From contig OZ246403.1 of the NCBI GenBank assembly GCA_965230925.1, positions 330,455 through 394,454 on the forward strand: a stretch of 64,000 nucleotides of DNA, written 5' to 3'. The position numbers and the translations under genes were made by a program. Under the pieces are notes generated by a model, which saw only the letters and a program-made list of their open reading frames with translations, was not told the origin of the DNA and did no database searches. The stretch comes from an uncultured Candidatus Saccharibacteria bacterium (GTDB taxonomy: Bacteria; Patescibacteriota; Minisyncoccia; Phycocordibacterales; JACOZG01). Below, piece by piece: positions 18,837 to 28,648 of this stretch (within the stretch, counting starts at the first letter, position 1; each line of letters begins with the position of its first letter).

Positions 18837-20765
18837 TTAAGGATTAACTTTCTCATCACCGAGTTCAAAGTCGGGCTCACTGCGAAGTTCCGTATTCAAC
18901 GCCGGACGACTCGACTCTAAGCGCGCATTAGTAAAGATATCGGTTCCTGTTAGCTTGGCGGCGGAAACTACATTTGGCGCCGTACCAACCTGGCTCAAAC
19001 TCGGAAGTAATGTAACCTGGAAAGAAACTTGCCGCGGCGGGCTCGAGTAACCACGACCCGCTTTTACCAAGCCCAGGTCCCAAACCACTTCACCACCATT
19101 TGGATTGAAGGTAATTTTTTCTTCCGCCGGAGCGCTTACTCCCGCCCATTTGATATACGAAGGCAAAGTGGCTCGGACGAAAGCTTGATCAACATCACTC
19201 GCCGTATTGGCCACTGACCACACAACGGTGTACGTGGTGTCGCGACCAACACGAGGCGGAATTGGACCCCTTTCCTCGAAAGGACCACTACCGTGAAGGG
19301 CCTTGGTCGAGAGTTGCACCACTGAACTTAATTTCACCTTCTTACTCACCACGGTTTGCACCGTTGCGCTTCCCGAACCAGATTCCGTTTTCCGCGCGCG
19401 GAAGGTGGCTACCAGATTAATCGTTTGGCCATCCACACCGTAGAGCGATGTCCCCGCAAAGCTAAAGCTCAAGCGACCAGTCCCACCTGGTGGAATTACC
19501 GCAAGATCGCGATTTTCTATCTTGGTCCAGAGAACGCTATTGGTCAAAGAATTATAAAATCCTGGTGAGGCAACAACCGAGGTCGGCTTCAACGCTCGAC
19601 CAGAAAGTTTAATCTCAAGGGTGGCATCACGAATTTCAACCGGTAGATTGTTGAAGTAAGTGAGATCCGCCCGCACCACCTGATCACTAGCGGCCACCTG
19701 CTCCGCGCCACGGTTACCATCCAGAGAAAATTCCAGGGCAATCTCCGGCTTCTCTATTGTGGAAAGGGCAAAGAGTGAACCATAATTGAGCGCGATCGTA
19801 CCTTCTTCTTCCGGATCTTCCGTACCAACCAGTGCCCGGAAGGATCGGGTTTCCTCATTTTCCCCTTCCACCACACCGCGAATTTTTATTTCCCGCTTTG
19901 CTCCCGGAGCAAAGTCCCCAAGTCGCCACAAAGTCTCACCAGACACCGGCGCTGGCGTAGCTCGCTTGAAGGTAAAACCGGGTGGGTAGGTCATGAGAAG
20001 CAAAAGGTCGTGCAGTGGCGCAATGGCTGCTGATTCAAGACCAACCGTAAATTCAATTTCTTGCCCACTAATAACCGATTCCGGTAAATCGAAGGACAGA
20101 AGTAGTGGCGAAGAATTAATTGTCACCGGATAGGATTGTTTCCGATCAAAGATCGCTCCCGAGCCGGGCAAACGATACTCTACAGTAAACTTAATATCCT
20201 GAGTCGAATCCTTCTCACCAAAGATTCGAGCTTTCACCGATTGCGAAACTGATTCTCGTGGTTTGAGCGATTCTAACTTAAGAGTCTCTCGCAAAAGCTC
20301 CCGCTCGCCCGTAATGACCCTAGTCCCTGGTGGATATTCCACCACCAACTGCGCGCCTTCAAGTGGGACATTGTTTTTATTTGTCACCACCACTTGGAGA
20401 TCAAGCTCACCACCAGAGGCGAGGGTTGTTGGTCCCGCCACTTCCACCGTCACATTTTGCGCCTCAATGAAACTGCCTCCGCTGTAGAGACGAAAAAAGG
20501 CAAAGCCGATAGCGAGGATAAAGAAAAGCAACGCGCCAACAAACGCCCAGATAAGCCAAGATGACTTTTTCTTTGCCATTAATGTTTTTGGTTCTGGTGA
20601 CCAGGCGGTAGAAACGGAATCTGACTCGAGCGCCAGTGGCGTCCGTCGAGGCTCGGCCACTGCTCCCGGTTGATAGAGGCGCGAACGAAGCCGCTCAACG
20701 CCGCTCAGATTATCACCTTTCATTCCTCGTATCGTACCATCAAAGGTGGCTCGCGGCCAGAGCAT
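18837..20765 (-). CDS. membrane-anchored protein with repeated beta-sandwich (CARDB/DUF11-like) domains
   Basis: A TM helix after about 60 aa, then about 550 aa of repeated beta-rich modules. The likely start is the internal MKGDNLS (20723) or MAKKKSS (20579), because the ORF as drawn overlaps recO by 26 nt. Confidence 0.45.
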   Translation of the reverse strand: MLWPRATFDGTIRGMKGDNLSGVERLRSRLYQPGAVAEPRRTPLALESDSVSTAWSPEPKTLMAKKKSSWLIWAFVGALLFFILAIGFAFFRLYSGGSFIEAQNVTVEVAGPTTLASGGELDLQVVVTNKNNVPLEGAQLVVEYPPGTRVITGERELLRETLKLESLKPRESVSQSVKARIFGEKDSTQDIKFTVEYRLPGSGAIFDRKQSYPVTINSSPLLLSFDLPESVISGQEIEFTVGLESAAIAPLHDLLLLMTYPPGFTFKRATPAPVSGETLWRLGDFAPGAKREIKIRGVVEGENEETRSFRALVGTEDPEEEGTIALNYGSLFALSTIEKPEIALEFSLDGNRGAEQVAASDQVVRADLTYFNNLPVEIRDATLEIKLSGRALKPTSVVASPGFYNSLTNSVLWTKIENRDLAVIPPGGTGRLSFSFAGTSLYGVDGQTINLVATFRARKTESGSGSATVQTVVSKKVKLSSVVQLSTKALHGSGPFEERGPIPPRVGRDTTYTVVWSVANTASDVDQAFVRATLPSYIKWAGVSAPAEEKITFNPNGGEVVWDLGLVKAGRGYSSPPRQVSFQVTLLPSLSQVGTAPNVVSAAKLTGTDIFTNARLESSRPALNTELRSEPDFELGDEKVNP

Positions 20766-21309
20766 TGGTGACCTCCGTTACCAGATCGGCGCGCACAGGA
20801 GATGGAAGCGCAAGACTCTCGCGAGTCCACGGAAGCTCGAGCTCTGGGCGCTTCAAGTAACCTAGCGCCGCGAGGAGGCGCGCGCCCGCGAGAAGTGAAT
20901 AATTATTTAATTCTTCAGAAGAAAGCGGTGAGGTGAGAACCAAGTTCCAACCATCTTTCAAGTCATAGTAAGCGGCTTCAAGTGGGGCCTCGCCGTGGAC
21001 CAAACGTTGGGCGAGAGACAACACTCGGCCAAAAGCCCGCAATTTCGTAAGTAATTCGGCGCGTTCAGCCACCAATAAACGCTCAGCTGAAACGAGTCGC
21101 CAATATTCTTTACCGCGCACCAGACTCACCCTCACCACGGACCCATAACCAATATGTCCACGCAACTTCGACGTCACCTTCCGCACCCCTTGAGCAATCG
21201 CCGTCACGAGACCCAAGTCGGGCGTCAGAACATCAACCAAAAGGCTCGCTTCCCCGCGCAGACGCGTGCCTAAAACTATTCCTTCAGTCTGATAGAGTCG
21301 GTAAGCCAA
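20740..21309 (-). CDS. recO: DNA repair protein RecO (short form without the Zn finger)
   Basis: OB-fold N-terminus EGIVLGTRLRGEASLLVDVLTPDLGLVTAIAQGVRK and a helical C-terminus. It lies upstream of glyQS, as in many bacteria. Confidence 0.65.
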   Translation of the reverse strand: MAYRLYQTEGIVLGTRLRGEASLLVDVLTPDLGLVTAIAQGVRKVTSKLRGHIGYGSVVRVSLVRGKEYWRLVSAERLLVAERAELLTKLRAFGRVLSLAQRLVHGEAPLEAAYYDLKDGWNLVLTSPLSSEELNNYSLLAGARLLAALGYLKRPELELPWTRESLALPSPVRADLVTEVTNALAASHL

Positions 21310-23445
21310 TTAATTCGTCAACTGAAACACCCCACTACCACCATATATCGTTTGGCCATTTACCACGGCCTTAAGGCGGAAGTAATAAAAACCGGGTGGC
21401 ACTGTGGCCAGACTCATGGATTCGCTGAAGTCATTGCTGGTGGTAAAGGCGTTGAAGTTGGTGGCGGGTTGATTGGCGGCAGTAAACAGCTCCATGGTTA
21501 AGTTTTGACTCATACCTACGCCAGTGGTAGTCCAGGTTACGGTGTGGCCGGTTTGATTAGACCAATTGGCATTGTATGTTGGCGAGGTGATGGTGATAAC
21601 TGGGGTTGAACCTCCGCTCCCACCACCCGAATTTCCTCCTGATGTCGCTGTAACCGTGAACCACGAGCTCCAACCTCCAGTCTCTACTCCACCAATAGAG
21701 GCAAAGATCCGCAAACGATATTGGCCAGAAGTGAGGCTGTTAGGAAGCGTAAGTGTCCCGCTACCGGCACTGTTCGTTGCCGTTGTGCTATACATCACCG
21801 TACCCGATTGATCCAAAACCTTTACATTAAGTGTTTGCGCTCCCGCGAGACCACTCGACACCCAACTGTAAACCACACTCGAACCAGGCTGATAGGAACC
21901 ACCACTCGGGTTGGTAACGAAGAGTGAAGCTGTGGGATTGTTTGGTGGAGGAGGTGGGGGCGGCGGAGGTGGATTATTACCACCAGTGTCACCCGTCAAC
22001 TGAAACACCCCACTACCACCATATATCGTTTGGCCATTTACCACGGCCTTAAGGCGGAAGTAATAAAAACCGGGTGGCACTGTGGCCAGACTCATGGATT
22101 CGCTGAAGTCATTGCTGGTGGTAAAGGCGTTGAAGTTGGTGGCGGGTTGATTGGCGGCAGTAAACAGCTCCATGGTTAAGTTTTGACTCATACCTACGCC
22201 AGTGGTAGTCCAGGTTACGGTGTGGCCGGTTTGATTAGACCAATTGGCATTGTATGTTGGCGAGGTGATGGTGATTGAAGGAGTAAAGTTGTTTGAGCCA
22301 CTATTCGAGGAAGAGTTGTCGTCACCAGAATCATCATCGGAAGCTTCTTCGTTCACACTAAACCAAGAACTCCAGGCTTCGCGAGTTTGCCCACCAAGAA
22401 CGGCGGAAACTCTAAATCGGTATTGTCCATCATTGAGTGAATTAGAAAGATGGAAACTCTTAGAGTCATTAGTGCCACTATCACTCTCCGAATCTACCGC
22501 CGATCCAGAGTTGTTGAGTAGTTGGATAGAAATAGACGGGTTGCTGACCGGCGAATTACTAATCTGCCAAGAAACAGGAACATAATCTCCTGGCTCATAA
22601 CTTCCCCCCGTCGGACTGGTCACAAAAACGGTGGGGGTTGAAGATTGATTGTTACTAGAAGATCCGGCTTCTGGATTAAGCACTATTTTCAACAAATGCG
22701 TGTCGTTTCCCTGAGGGATCGCCACAGAAAGTTGATTATCTTGGGAACCTTGTCGAGTGGTAGTAAAGCTGTGGAGCTCGCCAGTCTTGAGCATCACAGC
22801 CCTAACATAGCCGTTAAAGTCAGTGCCATATGTACCAATTATCGTATTACCACGCTGAATCTTCACTAAAGCACCAGGAATTGGTGAATTATTACCGCCA
22901 GCACGCACAACCCAAACATCTACCGCCCTAAAACCAGTAGTATTATTTGGCGTAGTTACAGCGGGAGCGTTATTACACCCATACAGCTGATTCATCTTGG
23001 CGCGGGTTGAATTACCGAAATTACCCGTAGGGTTGGTTAAGCCATTGGGGGTTAATATTTCACTTCGGTATTTGTTTTGGAACCAGTTTATCGCGAAAGT
23101 AGTAGCCACATCATATGAAAAACGTAATTGAGGATTTAAAGTAGCAACACCATTGTAGCCCTCAAATTTTAGCGCTTGATGAAGCCTGGCCACCTCCGTC
23201 CCAAAATCACTTAAACTCAAATTATTGTTGAAGGTGTAGCACCAGCCACCAGAATTAGCGCTACCCGACCCAGAATTTCCTGAACCTGAGTTGGCTTGCT
23301 GATTTTGCAAATTCTGTAACTGACTTTGCAAAGACGTAATTTGCGCCTGAATATTCGCAATTTGTTCAGCCAAAGTCTCGGCCGAAACTCCAAGAGGCAA
23401 AAGAAGAAAAGCGACCAGTAAACCGGCTAAAAGTTTTTTAAACAT
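21310..23445 (-). CDS. secreted surface protein: coiled coil, PG_binding_1-like domain, Ig-like repeats and a poly-Pro linker
   Basis: Signal peptide, then the QIANIQAQITSLQSQLQNLQNQ heptads, the PG-binding-like segment EVARLHQALKFEGYNG...TRAKMNQLYG, a PPPPPPPPPPP linker, and a duplicated 94-aa C-terminal module. Confidence 0.55.
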   Translation of the reverse strand: MFKKLLAGLLVAFLLLPLGVSAETLAEQIANIQAQITSLQSQLQNLQNQQANSGSGNSGSGSANSGGWCYTFNNNLSLSDFGTEVARLHQALKFEGYNGVATLNPQLRFSYDVATTFAINWFQNKYRSEILTPNGLTNPTGNFGNSTRAKMNQLYGCNNAPAVTTPNNTTGFRAVDVWVVRAGGNNSPIPGALVKIQRGNTIIGTYGTDFNGYVRAVMLKTGELHSFTTTRQGSQDNQLSVAIPQGNDTHLLKIVLNPEAGSSSNNQSSTPTVFVTSPTGGSYEPGDYVPVSWQISNSPVSNPSISIQLLNNSGSAVDSESDSGTNDSKSFHLSNSLNDGQYRFRVSAVLGGQTREAWSSWFSVNEEASDDDSGDDNSSSNSGSNNFTPSITITSPTYNANWSNQTGHTVTWTTTGVGMSQNLTMELFTAANQPATNFNAFTTSNDFSESMSLATVPPGFYYFRLKAVVNGQTIYGGSGVFQLTGDTGGNNPPPPPPPPPPNNPTASLFVTNPSGGSYQPGSSVVYSWVSSGLAGAQTLNVKVLDQSGTVMYSTTATNSAGSGTLTLPNSLTSGQYRLRIFASIGGVETGGWSSWFTVTATSGGNSGGGSGGSTPVITITSPTYNANWSNQTGHTVTWTTTGVGMSQNLTMELFTAANQPATNFNAFTTSNDFSESMSLATVPPGFYYFRLKAVVNGQTIYGGSGVFQLTN
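21317..21597 (-). repeat. 281-bp perfect direct repeat, copy 1 (second copy at 21995-22275), inside the surface-protein gene
   Basis: Base-for-base identical sequence, checked over the full length, 678 bp apart. It encodes the module ITITSPTYNANWSNQTGHTVTWTTTGVGMSQNL...GGSGVFQLT twice. Confidence 0.9.
21995..22275 (-). repeat. 281-bp perfect direct repeat, copy 2
   Basis: Identical to 21317-21597. Confidence 0.9.
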
Positions 23446-23480
23446 TATTAAGTTTTTAATCGCAAACTAGTAATGCTGTA

Positions 23481-26400
23481 CTATACCACAATCTCGGGCG
23501 CATTTACTTCAGCAAAGTGGATAGCGCTTGACTTAGTGGCCTTTTTTAAGTCTTCAAGTAAAACAGTAGGAAAATTCTGGTAAACGCTCGGGAGAGTGGT
23601 CTGCACCACGTCTCCCGGCTTAAGACCCTTTTCTTTCCGTAAATCTTGAATTTCCCGAATCAGCTCGCGCAACTCCCCCTCTTGTTTGAGTTCTGGAGTA
23701 ATCGTGAGATCGAGCTCAACTTCTGTTGGTAAATTATCTACGAAAATTATTTCTTTTACATTTACTTCATCGCGAATGAGGGCGAGAAATTCTTCGGCCA
23801 AAGATTGTTTAATCTTGAGCGAAGCAAGCGGCTGACGAACTTTGATCCCTGCTTTCGTTCTGGCTTCAAGCGCGAGTGACACTAAGCGGCGCGTTTCAAT
23901 CATCATCGCGAGGATCGTTTGATCAAATTCTCTTGCAGTAGGCCAGTTAGACAAATGCACGCTTTCTTCATCGCTCAAAATTTTTACTTTCTGCCAAATG
24001 GTCTCGGCGAGGAAAGGCGTGAAAGGTGCCAAAACTTTTGAAAGTTTATGCAAGACATGGCCCAAAACCCGAATCGCATCAGCCTTGTCTTGCACATCAT
24101 CACCCTTAAAGCGCTCGCGCGAGCGACGCAAGTACCAGACTGAAAGATCGTCGACAAAGAGATCGAAGGGTCGAGCGGCAAGATCAAGGGTGTAATTATC
24201 GAGACCAGCTGTGACCTCTTGCCCCAGTTGCGCCAAGCGATTCAAGATCCAACGATCGAGCACATGTTTACACTCGCCAAGATCTTTCTCGTCCCCGCTC
24301 GCCTCGCCTTTATACAATTCATAAAAAGCAAGGACGTTCTCGAGGCGCATAATGACCCGACGCAAGACTTCTCCTAAACCTTTTTCGGAAAAGTTGAGAT
24401 CATCGCCGCGCATCGCCGGGGAAGCAAGCAGGTAAAGTCGCAAGGCATCAGCGCCATATTTATCGAGAGTCGGCTCAATTTCCGGATAATTCTTGAGTCG
24501 CTTCGACATTTTCTGACCATCTTCAGCCAAGATCAAACCGTTCACGATCACATTCTGAAACGCCGGTTTGTCGAAGAGCGCCACCGAGAGCACGGTGAGC
24601 ACATAGAACCAACCGCGTGTTTGGTCCAACCCTTCGCCAATGAAATTTGCCGGAAAATTGTGATCAAACCATTCTTTATTCTCAAACGGATAATGCGCTT
24701 GGCCATAAGGCATCGAGCCAGAGTCGTACCAAACGTCGAAGACTTCCGGCACCCGGATCATCTTCTCGCCGCTCTCATCCACCAGTTCTAAGTCGTCAAT
24801 ATATGGTCGATGAAGATCGAGCTCGAACTGCTCATTGTGTGGCAATGAAACAAAAGACAGCTCCCGCACTTCCGAATTCTTAATAAAATCTTCTGGCTTG
24901 TTGGCAATCGTCTGCTCATTAGTCCAGCCAAAAGCTCCGGACCACAACATCCAGGTTACATATTCATGCGTCGATATGAGAATCGTTTTGTTTTGATACT
25001 TCGTCTCGAGCTCATACATAAAGGCCATCGCGCGACGGCGCAAGTCGGCCAAATTTTCCCCACCTTCCGGCCGCTTCCACATCATTTCGATATAGGTCGA
25101 GAAAAAGTCGTGATACTCTCCCACCGTTTTACCATCAAATTCGCCAGTATGAATTTCTTCAATCCGCTCATCAAAGATAATTTTATCGAGCGGGTAACCA
25201 ATTTCCTTTGCCACAATCTCGCTTGTCTCTTTACCGCGAGTAAAGGGCGAAGAAAAGATTAGATCGATTTTTTCTCCCGCGAGTTTCTTAGCTGCCTCTT
25301 GGGTTTCCTTCACCCCACGTTCGGTCAGTTTGGCACCACTGTTTTGCTTACTACTTATAATCCCCGTCGCATTGTTTTCCCCATGACCATGACGCATCAC
25401 GAGGTAGCGATTGCCGGATTTCTTCACATGCTTTCGCAAATCTTCAACCGAGCCAATGACCACCACTTCACCGCTTGCTTTGCGCCAGACCGGTAGCGGC
25501 GTACCCCAGAATCGCGAGCGCGAGACGGCCCAATCGCGGGCACCCTCAAGCCATTTGCCGAAGCGACCATCTTTAATATGTTCAGGGACCCACTTAACAC
25601 TCGCATTATGCTTGAGCATTTTCTCCTTAAGCTCGGTAACTTTAATAAACCAAGAACTCGCCGCGTAATTGAGAAGCGGTGTCTCACAACGCCAACAATG
25701 CGGGTAGGAGTGAACAATCTTTTTCTTATCAAACAATAAATTCTTGGCCGCCAAATATTTGATAATCAAAATGTCGGTTGATTGATGATCATCCTTCGGC
25801 TTCACGTCAAGCCCCGCAAAATCCTTCGCTTCCGGTTTCATCTTGCCTTCCATGTCCACATGTTGAATAAACGGCAATTTATTCGCCTCGCCCAACTTCA
25901 TATCATCTTCACCAAAAGCAGGGGCAATATGCACAATCCCCGTCCCATCTTCTGTGGTCACAAAATCAGCCCCAAAAACTTCCCCTTCAGTGATGTAATA
26001 ATCAAAAAGGGTTTTGTATTTCTTACCGATTAGTTTTTCACCAGAAAATTCTTCAACAATCTCAAATTCTTTTTCTTTCAAAACGTCAGTAAGGCGCTCT
26101 TTGGCTAAAATATAATTTTCTTCGCCTATTTTTATTCGCACATAATTCGTACCAGTATTTACCGCGAGGGCCGCATTGCCGGGCAAAGTCCAAGGTGTGG
26201 TGGTCCAAGCAAGCAAATATTCCTTTGTTTCGGATTTCGAATTTAGAATTTCGAATTTTACATATACAGATATGTCAGTGATATCTTTGTAACCCTGATT
26301 CACCTCGAAGTTCGCGAGCGTCGTCCCACAACGTGGACACAAGTGCATCGATTTATAGCCTTCATAAACCAAACCTTTGTCCCAAAGAGTTTTGAAAACC

Positions 26401-26876
26401 CACCAACCGCTTTCCATGAAGCTCGGGTCCATCGTTTTGTAATCCCGCTCCATGTCGACGAAGCGACCGAGCCGCGGAATCACCCTCTTCCACTCATCAG
26501 CATAACGGAGCACACTCTCGCGCGCCTTCTCGTTGAAGGTCACAATACCTAGGTTCTCAATATCTTTTTTCGTCTTAAGGCCGAGTTCCTTCTCGATCAA
26601 ATTCTCAATCGGCAAACCGTGGCAGTCCCAACCCCAGCGCCGAAGCACGCGTTTACCCCGCATGGTCTGATAACGCGGGATCACATCCTTGAGCGTACTT
26701 GCGAGCAGGTGACCATAGTGAGGCGTGCCGGTAGCGTACGGTGGGCCGTCGTAAAACACGAAATCGCCGCTTTTTCCTTCAAGCGATTTCTCAAAAATTT
26801 TCTTGTCTTGCCAAAACTTCAGAATTTCTTCCTCTCGCTTGGCAACTTGAGACTTATTTATGTCCTTCTCAGTCAT
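23481..26876 (-). CDS. ileS: isoleucyl-tRNA synthetase (type 2) with an inserted histidine-phosphatase-like domain
   Basis: HIGH (PHYGHLLAS), the WCISR-like box (WAVSRSRFWGTPLP) and KMSKS (GQKMSKRL) are all present. About 195 extra residues between the WGTP box and the DVWYDSG segment carry histidine-phosphatase motifs. Confidence 0.9.
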   Translation of the reverse strand: MTEKDINKSQVAKREEEILKFWQDKKIFEKSLEGKSGDFVFYDGPPYATGTPHYGHLLASTLKDVIPRYQTMRGKRVLRRWGWDCHGLPIENLIEKELGLKTKKDIENLGIVTFNEKARESVLRYADEWKRVIPRLGRFVDMERDYKTMDPSFMESGWWVFKTLWDKGLVYEGYKSMHLCPRCGTTLANFEVNQGYKDITDISVYVKFEILNSKSETKEYLLAWTTTPWTLPGNAALAVNTGTNYVRIKIGEENYILAKERLTDVLKEKEFEIVEEFSGEKLIGKKYKTLFDYYITEGEVFGADFVTTEDGTGIVHIAPAFGEDDMKLGEANKLPFIQHVDMEGKMKPEAKDFAGLDVKPKDDHQSTDILIIKYLAAKNLLFDKKKIVHSYPHCWRCETPLLNYAASSWFIKVTELKEKMLKHNASVKWVPEHIKDGRFGKWLEGARDWAVSRSRFWGTPLPVWRKASGEVVVIGSVEDLRKHVKKSGNRYLVMRHGHGENNATGIISSKQNSGAKLTERGVKETQEAAKKLAGEKIDLIFSSPFTRGKETSEIVAKEIGYPLDKIIFDERIEEIHTGEFDGKTVGEYHDFFSTYIEMMWKRPEGGENLADLRRRAMAFMYELETKYQNKTILISTHEYVTWMLWSGAFGWTNEQTIANKPEDFIKNSEVRELSFVSLPHNEQFELDLHRPYIDDLELVDESGEKMIRVPEVFDVWYDSGSMPYGQAHYPFENKEWFDHNFPANFIGEGLDQTRGWFYVLTVLSVALFDKPAFQNVIVNGLILAEDGQKMSKRLKNYPEIEPTLDKYGADALRLYLLASPAMRGDDLNFSEKGLGEVLRRVIMRLENVLAFYELYKGEASGDEKDLGECKHVLDRWILNRLAQLGQEVTAGLDNYTLDLAARPFDLFVDDLSVWYLRRSRERFKGDDVQDKADAIRVLGHVLHKLSKVLAPFTPFLAETIWQKVKILSDEESVHLSNWPTAREFDQTILAMMIETRRLVSLALEARTKAGIKVRQPLASLKIKQSLAEEFLALIRDEVNVKEIIFVDNLPTEVELDLTITPELKQEGELRELIREIQDLRKEKGLKPGDVVQTTLPSVYQNFPTVLLEDLKKATKSSAIHFAEVNAPEIVV
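24822..25415 (-). other. histidine phosphatase (PGM/SixA-like, His_Phos_1-type) domain inserted in IleRS
   Basis: RYLVMRHGHGENN (RHG catalytic motif), FSSPFTRGKETSEIVA (SSPxxRAxQTA-like) and TILISTHEYV (second catalytic His). Corresponds to about residues 488-685 of the 1131-aa protein. Confidence 0.6.
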
Positions 26877-26905
26877 TCACCCTCAATCTTAGGCGTAAAA
26901 AGCTC

Positions 26906-28645
26906 TTAGGGCAAATTTGGATCGTAAAGATAAATATCGGGATCACTCAAGCCGTGGCGGAAATCTTGCCACACAATACGCTCGCCGCTCACCGATGGCT
27001 TCGTTTGACCAGCCGAATTAATTGTAATCTGGGTAACCACATCAGAATCTAAATTGAGTCGGAAAACATCTTCATTGTCTGAACCACCTGCAATGCCTGA
27101 CCAAACCACCTGATTGCCCGAGATTTGTGCGTGTGACTCAACCAAGCTATCACTAGTAATTGCTTGCCCTAAGGTGCCTGGCGGCGTGGAGGTGCTAAGA
27201 GTAATTAAATAGAGATTAAAACCATTATTATCGGCCCTCTTCCAAACCAACTTGTTGCCATCTAGAGCTGGCTCGCCCACCATGGTTCCACCACCAAGAG
27301 GTAAAGTGATTCCGGAGGTTAATTGTCGCGCCGTCATCGGTGCAGCATTTTCCACATTCTGATTAGACCACACTAGCCAAGAGTCAGAAATTTTTGGATT
27401 TATTTTGTCCCCCGGACCAGCCGTGGCCACAATAGCACTACCAGAAACCAGGTTTAGAAAATGGATATTCCAATTACCGTTCCGGTTGTCTTGCCAAGCA
27501 ATCCATTCGTTCGAAATTGTTGGATACTGTTGCTCAAAAGAATTATTCGTAACATTAATTTTACCGAGATCCGCAAACCAGGAGAAATAAACATAAACAT
27601 CAGTCTGCCCCTCACTTATCTCCTCCCAAACAACTACCCAACCCATTCCCAGCTCTGGTCCAGGATAATCGAAACTTGATATCTGTGGTCTGGCGCGCAA
27701 TTCAGGCCCTTCACTCAGCGGCGTGGTTGATCCGGTTTGCAAGTCCCGCACATAAATAGCGTGTAAACCATTGGAAATATCGTGCCAAGCTACAAAATTA
27801 CCCGAAATATCTGGATCAATTTGGCCGCCTTCGCTAGATAATTGCTGAACATGTTCTTCTTCTCCTGTAGGAATTTCTACTTCGATCTGTCGGGGTTCAG
27901 TATCCACAGCACCACAGTTGTCGGTAACTCTAAGCGTCGCGTTATATATCCCCGCTTCGGTGTAAATATGGTTTACCACCGGTGAAGTGGTGGACGTACC
28001 ATCTCCAAACTGCCAGAGATAGGAAACGATTGTGCCATTAGCATCGCTCGATCCAGAACCATCAAAAGGAACTATTTCTCCCGGCTGTGAGTCAAACCAA
28101 TCATCACCCGGATCAGCAACTGGCGGCACATTATTATCGCAGGGATTAATTGTGGCCACATTTACGGTGAAATTGAGTGGAGCTGACACGGCACCACACT
28201 CATCTCGCACGAGAAGTGTGGCTTGGAAATTGCCGGGTGAAGAGTAGCTATGGGTAACCGTGTGTGCCGTTTGCCAATCACTCGAAGCGCCATCGCCGAA
28301 GATCCAAGAGTAAGCCGTTACCGAACCATCGGAATCTGGATCAAAAGAAAGTGAACCATTAAAAACAATTGGCGTGCCCTGATCGCCAGAAGGAACAGGG
28401 TTCACCCGAGCAACAGGAGGTTGATTTACATTACAAGTATTGTAATGAGGGACTAAAGAAGGTTGTTCATCGAAGGGAATAACTTCTAGTGGCACTTGCT
28501 GTGTGCCGCCAGGCTTAGTGTCGGGGCCAGGATACGACTTACCAAAAAGACCGGTTGGTGAAGTTCTTGAAGACTGAACATAACCCACAGCTAGGAGAAG
28601 AATGACGAGAAGAAGAATAGCGGAGAAGCGGCTTTTATCAGACAT
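26906..28645 (-). CDS. secreted protein with tandem PKD domains and a TolB/PD40-like beta-propeller
   Basis: Signal peptide. PKD motifs VFNGSLSFDPDSDGSVTAYSWIFGDG and FDGSGSSDANGTIVSYLWQFGDGT. Repeated (I/V)(A/V)WxD..nGnw.IY blades. Confidence 0.6.
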   Translation of the reverse strand: MSDKSRFSAILLLVILLLAVGYVQSSRTSPTGLFGKSYPGPDTKPGGTQQVPLEVIPFDEQPSLVPHYNTCNVNQPPVARVNPVPSGDQGTPIVFNGSLSFDPDSDGSVTAYSWIFGDGASSDWQTAHTVTHSYSSPGNFQATLLVRDECGAVSAPLNFTVNVATINPCDNNVPPVADPGDDWFDSQPGEIVPFDGSGSSDANGTIVSYLWQFGDGTSTTSPVVNHIYTEAGIYNATLRVTDNCGAVDTEPRQIEVEIPTGEEEHVQQLSSEGGQIDPDISGNFVAWHDISNGLHAIYVRDLQTGSTTPLSEGPELRARPQISSFDYPGPELGMGWVVVWEEISEGQTDVYVYFSWFADLGKINVTNNSFEQQYPTISNEWIAWQDNRNGNWNIHFLNLVSGSAIVATAGPGDKINPKISDSWLVWSNQNVENAAPMTARQLTSGITLPLGGGTMVGEPALDGNKLVWKRADNNGFNLYLITLSTSTPPGTLGQAITSDSLVESHAQISGNQVVWSGIAGGSDNEDVFRLNLDSDVVTQITINSAGQTKPSVSGERIVWQDFRHGLSDPDIYLYDPNLP

Positions 28646-28648
28646 TCC

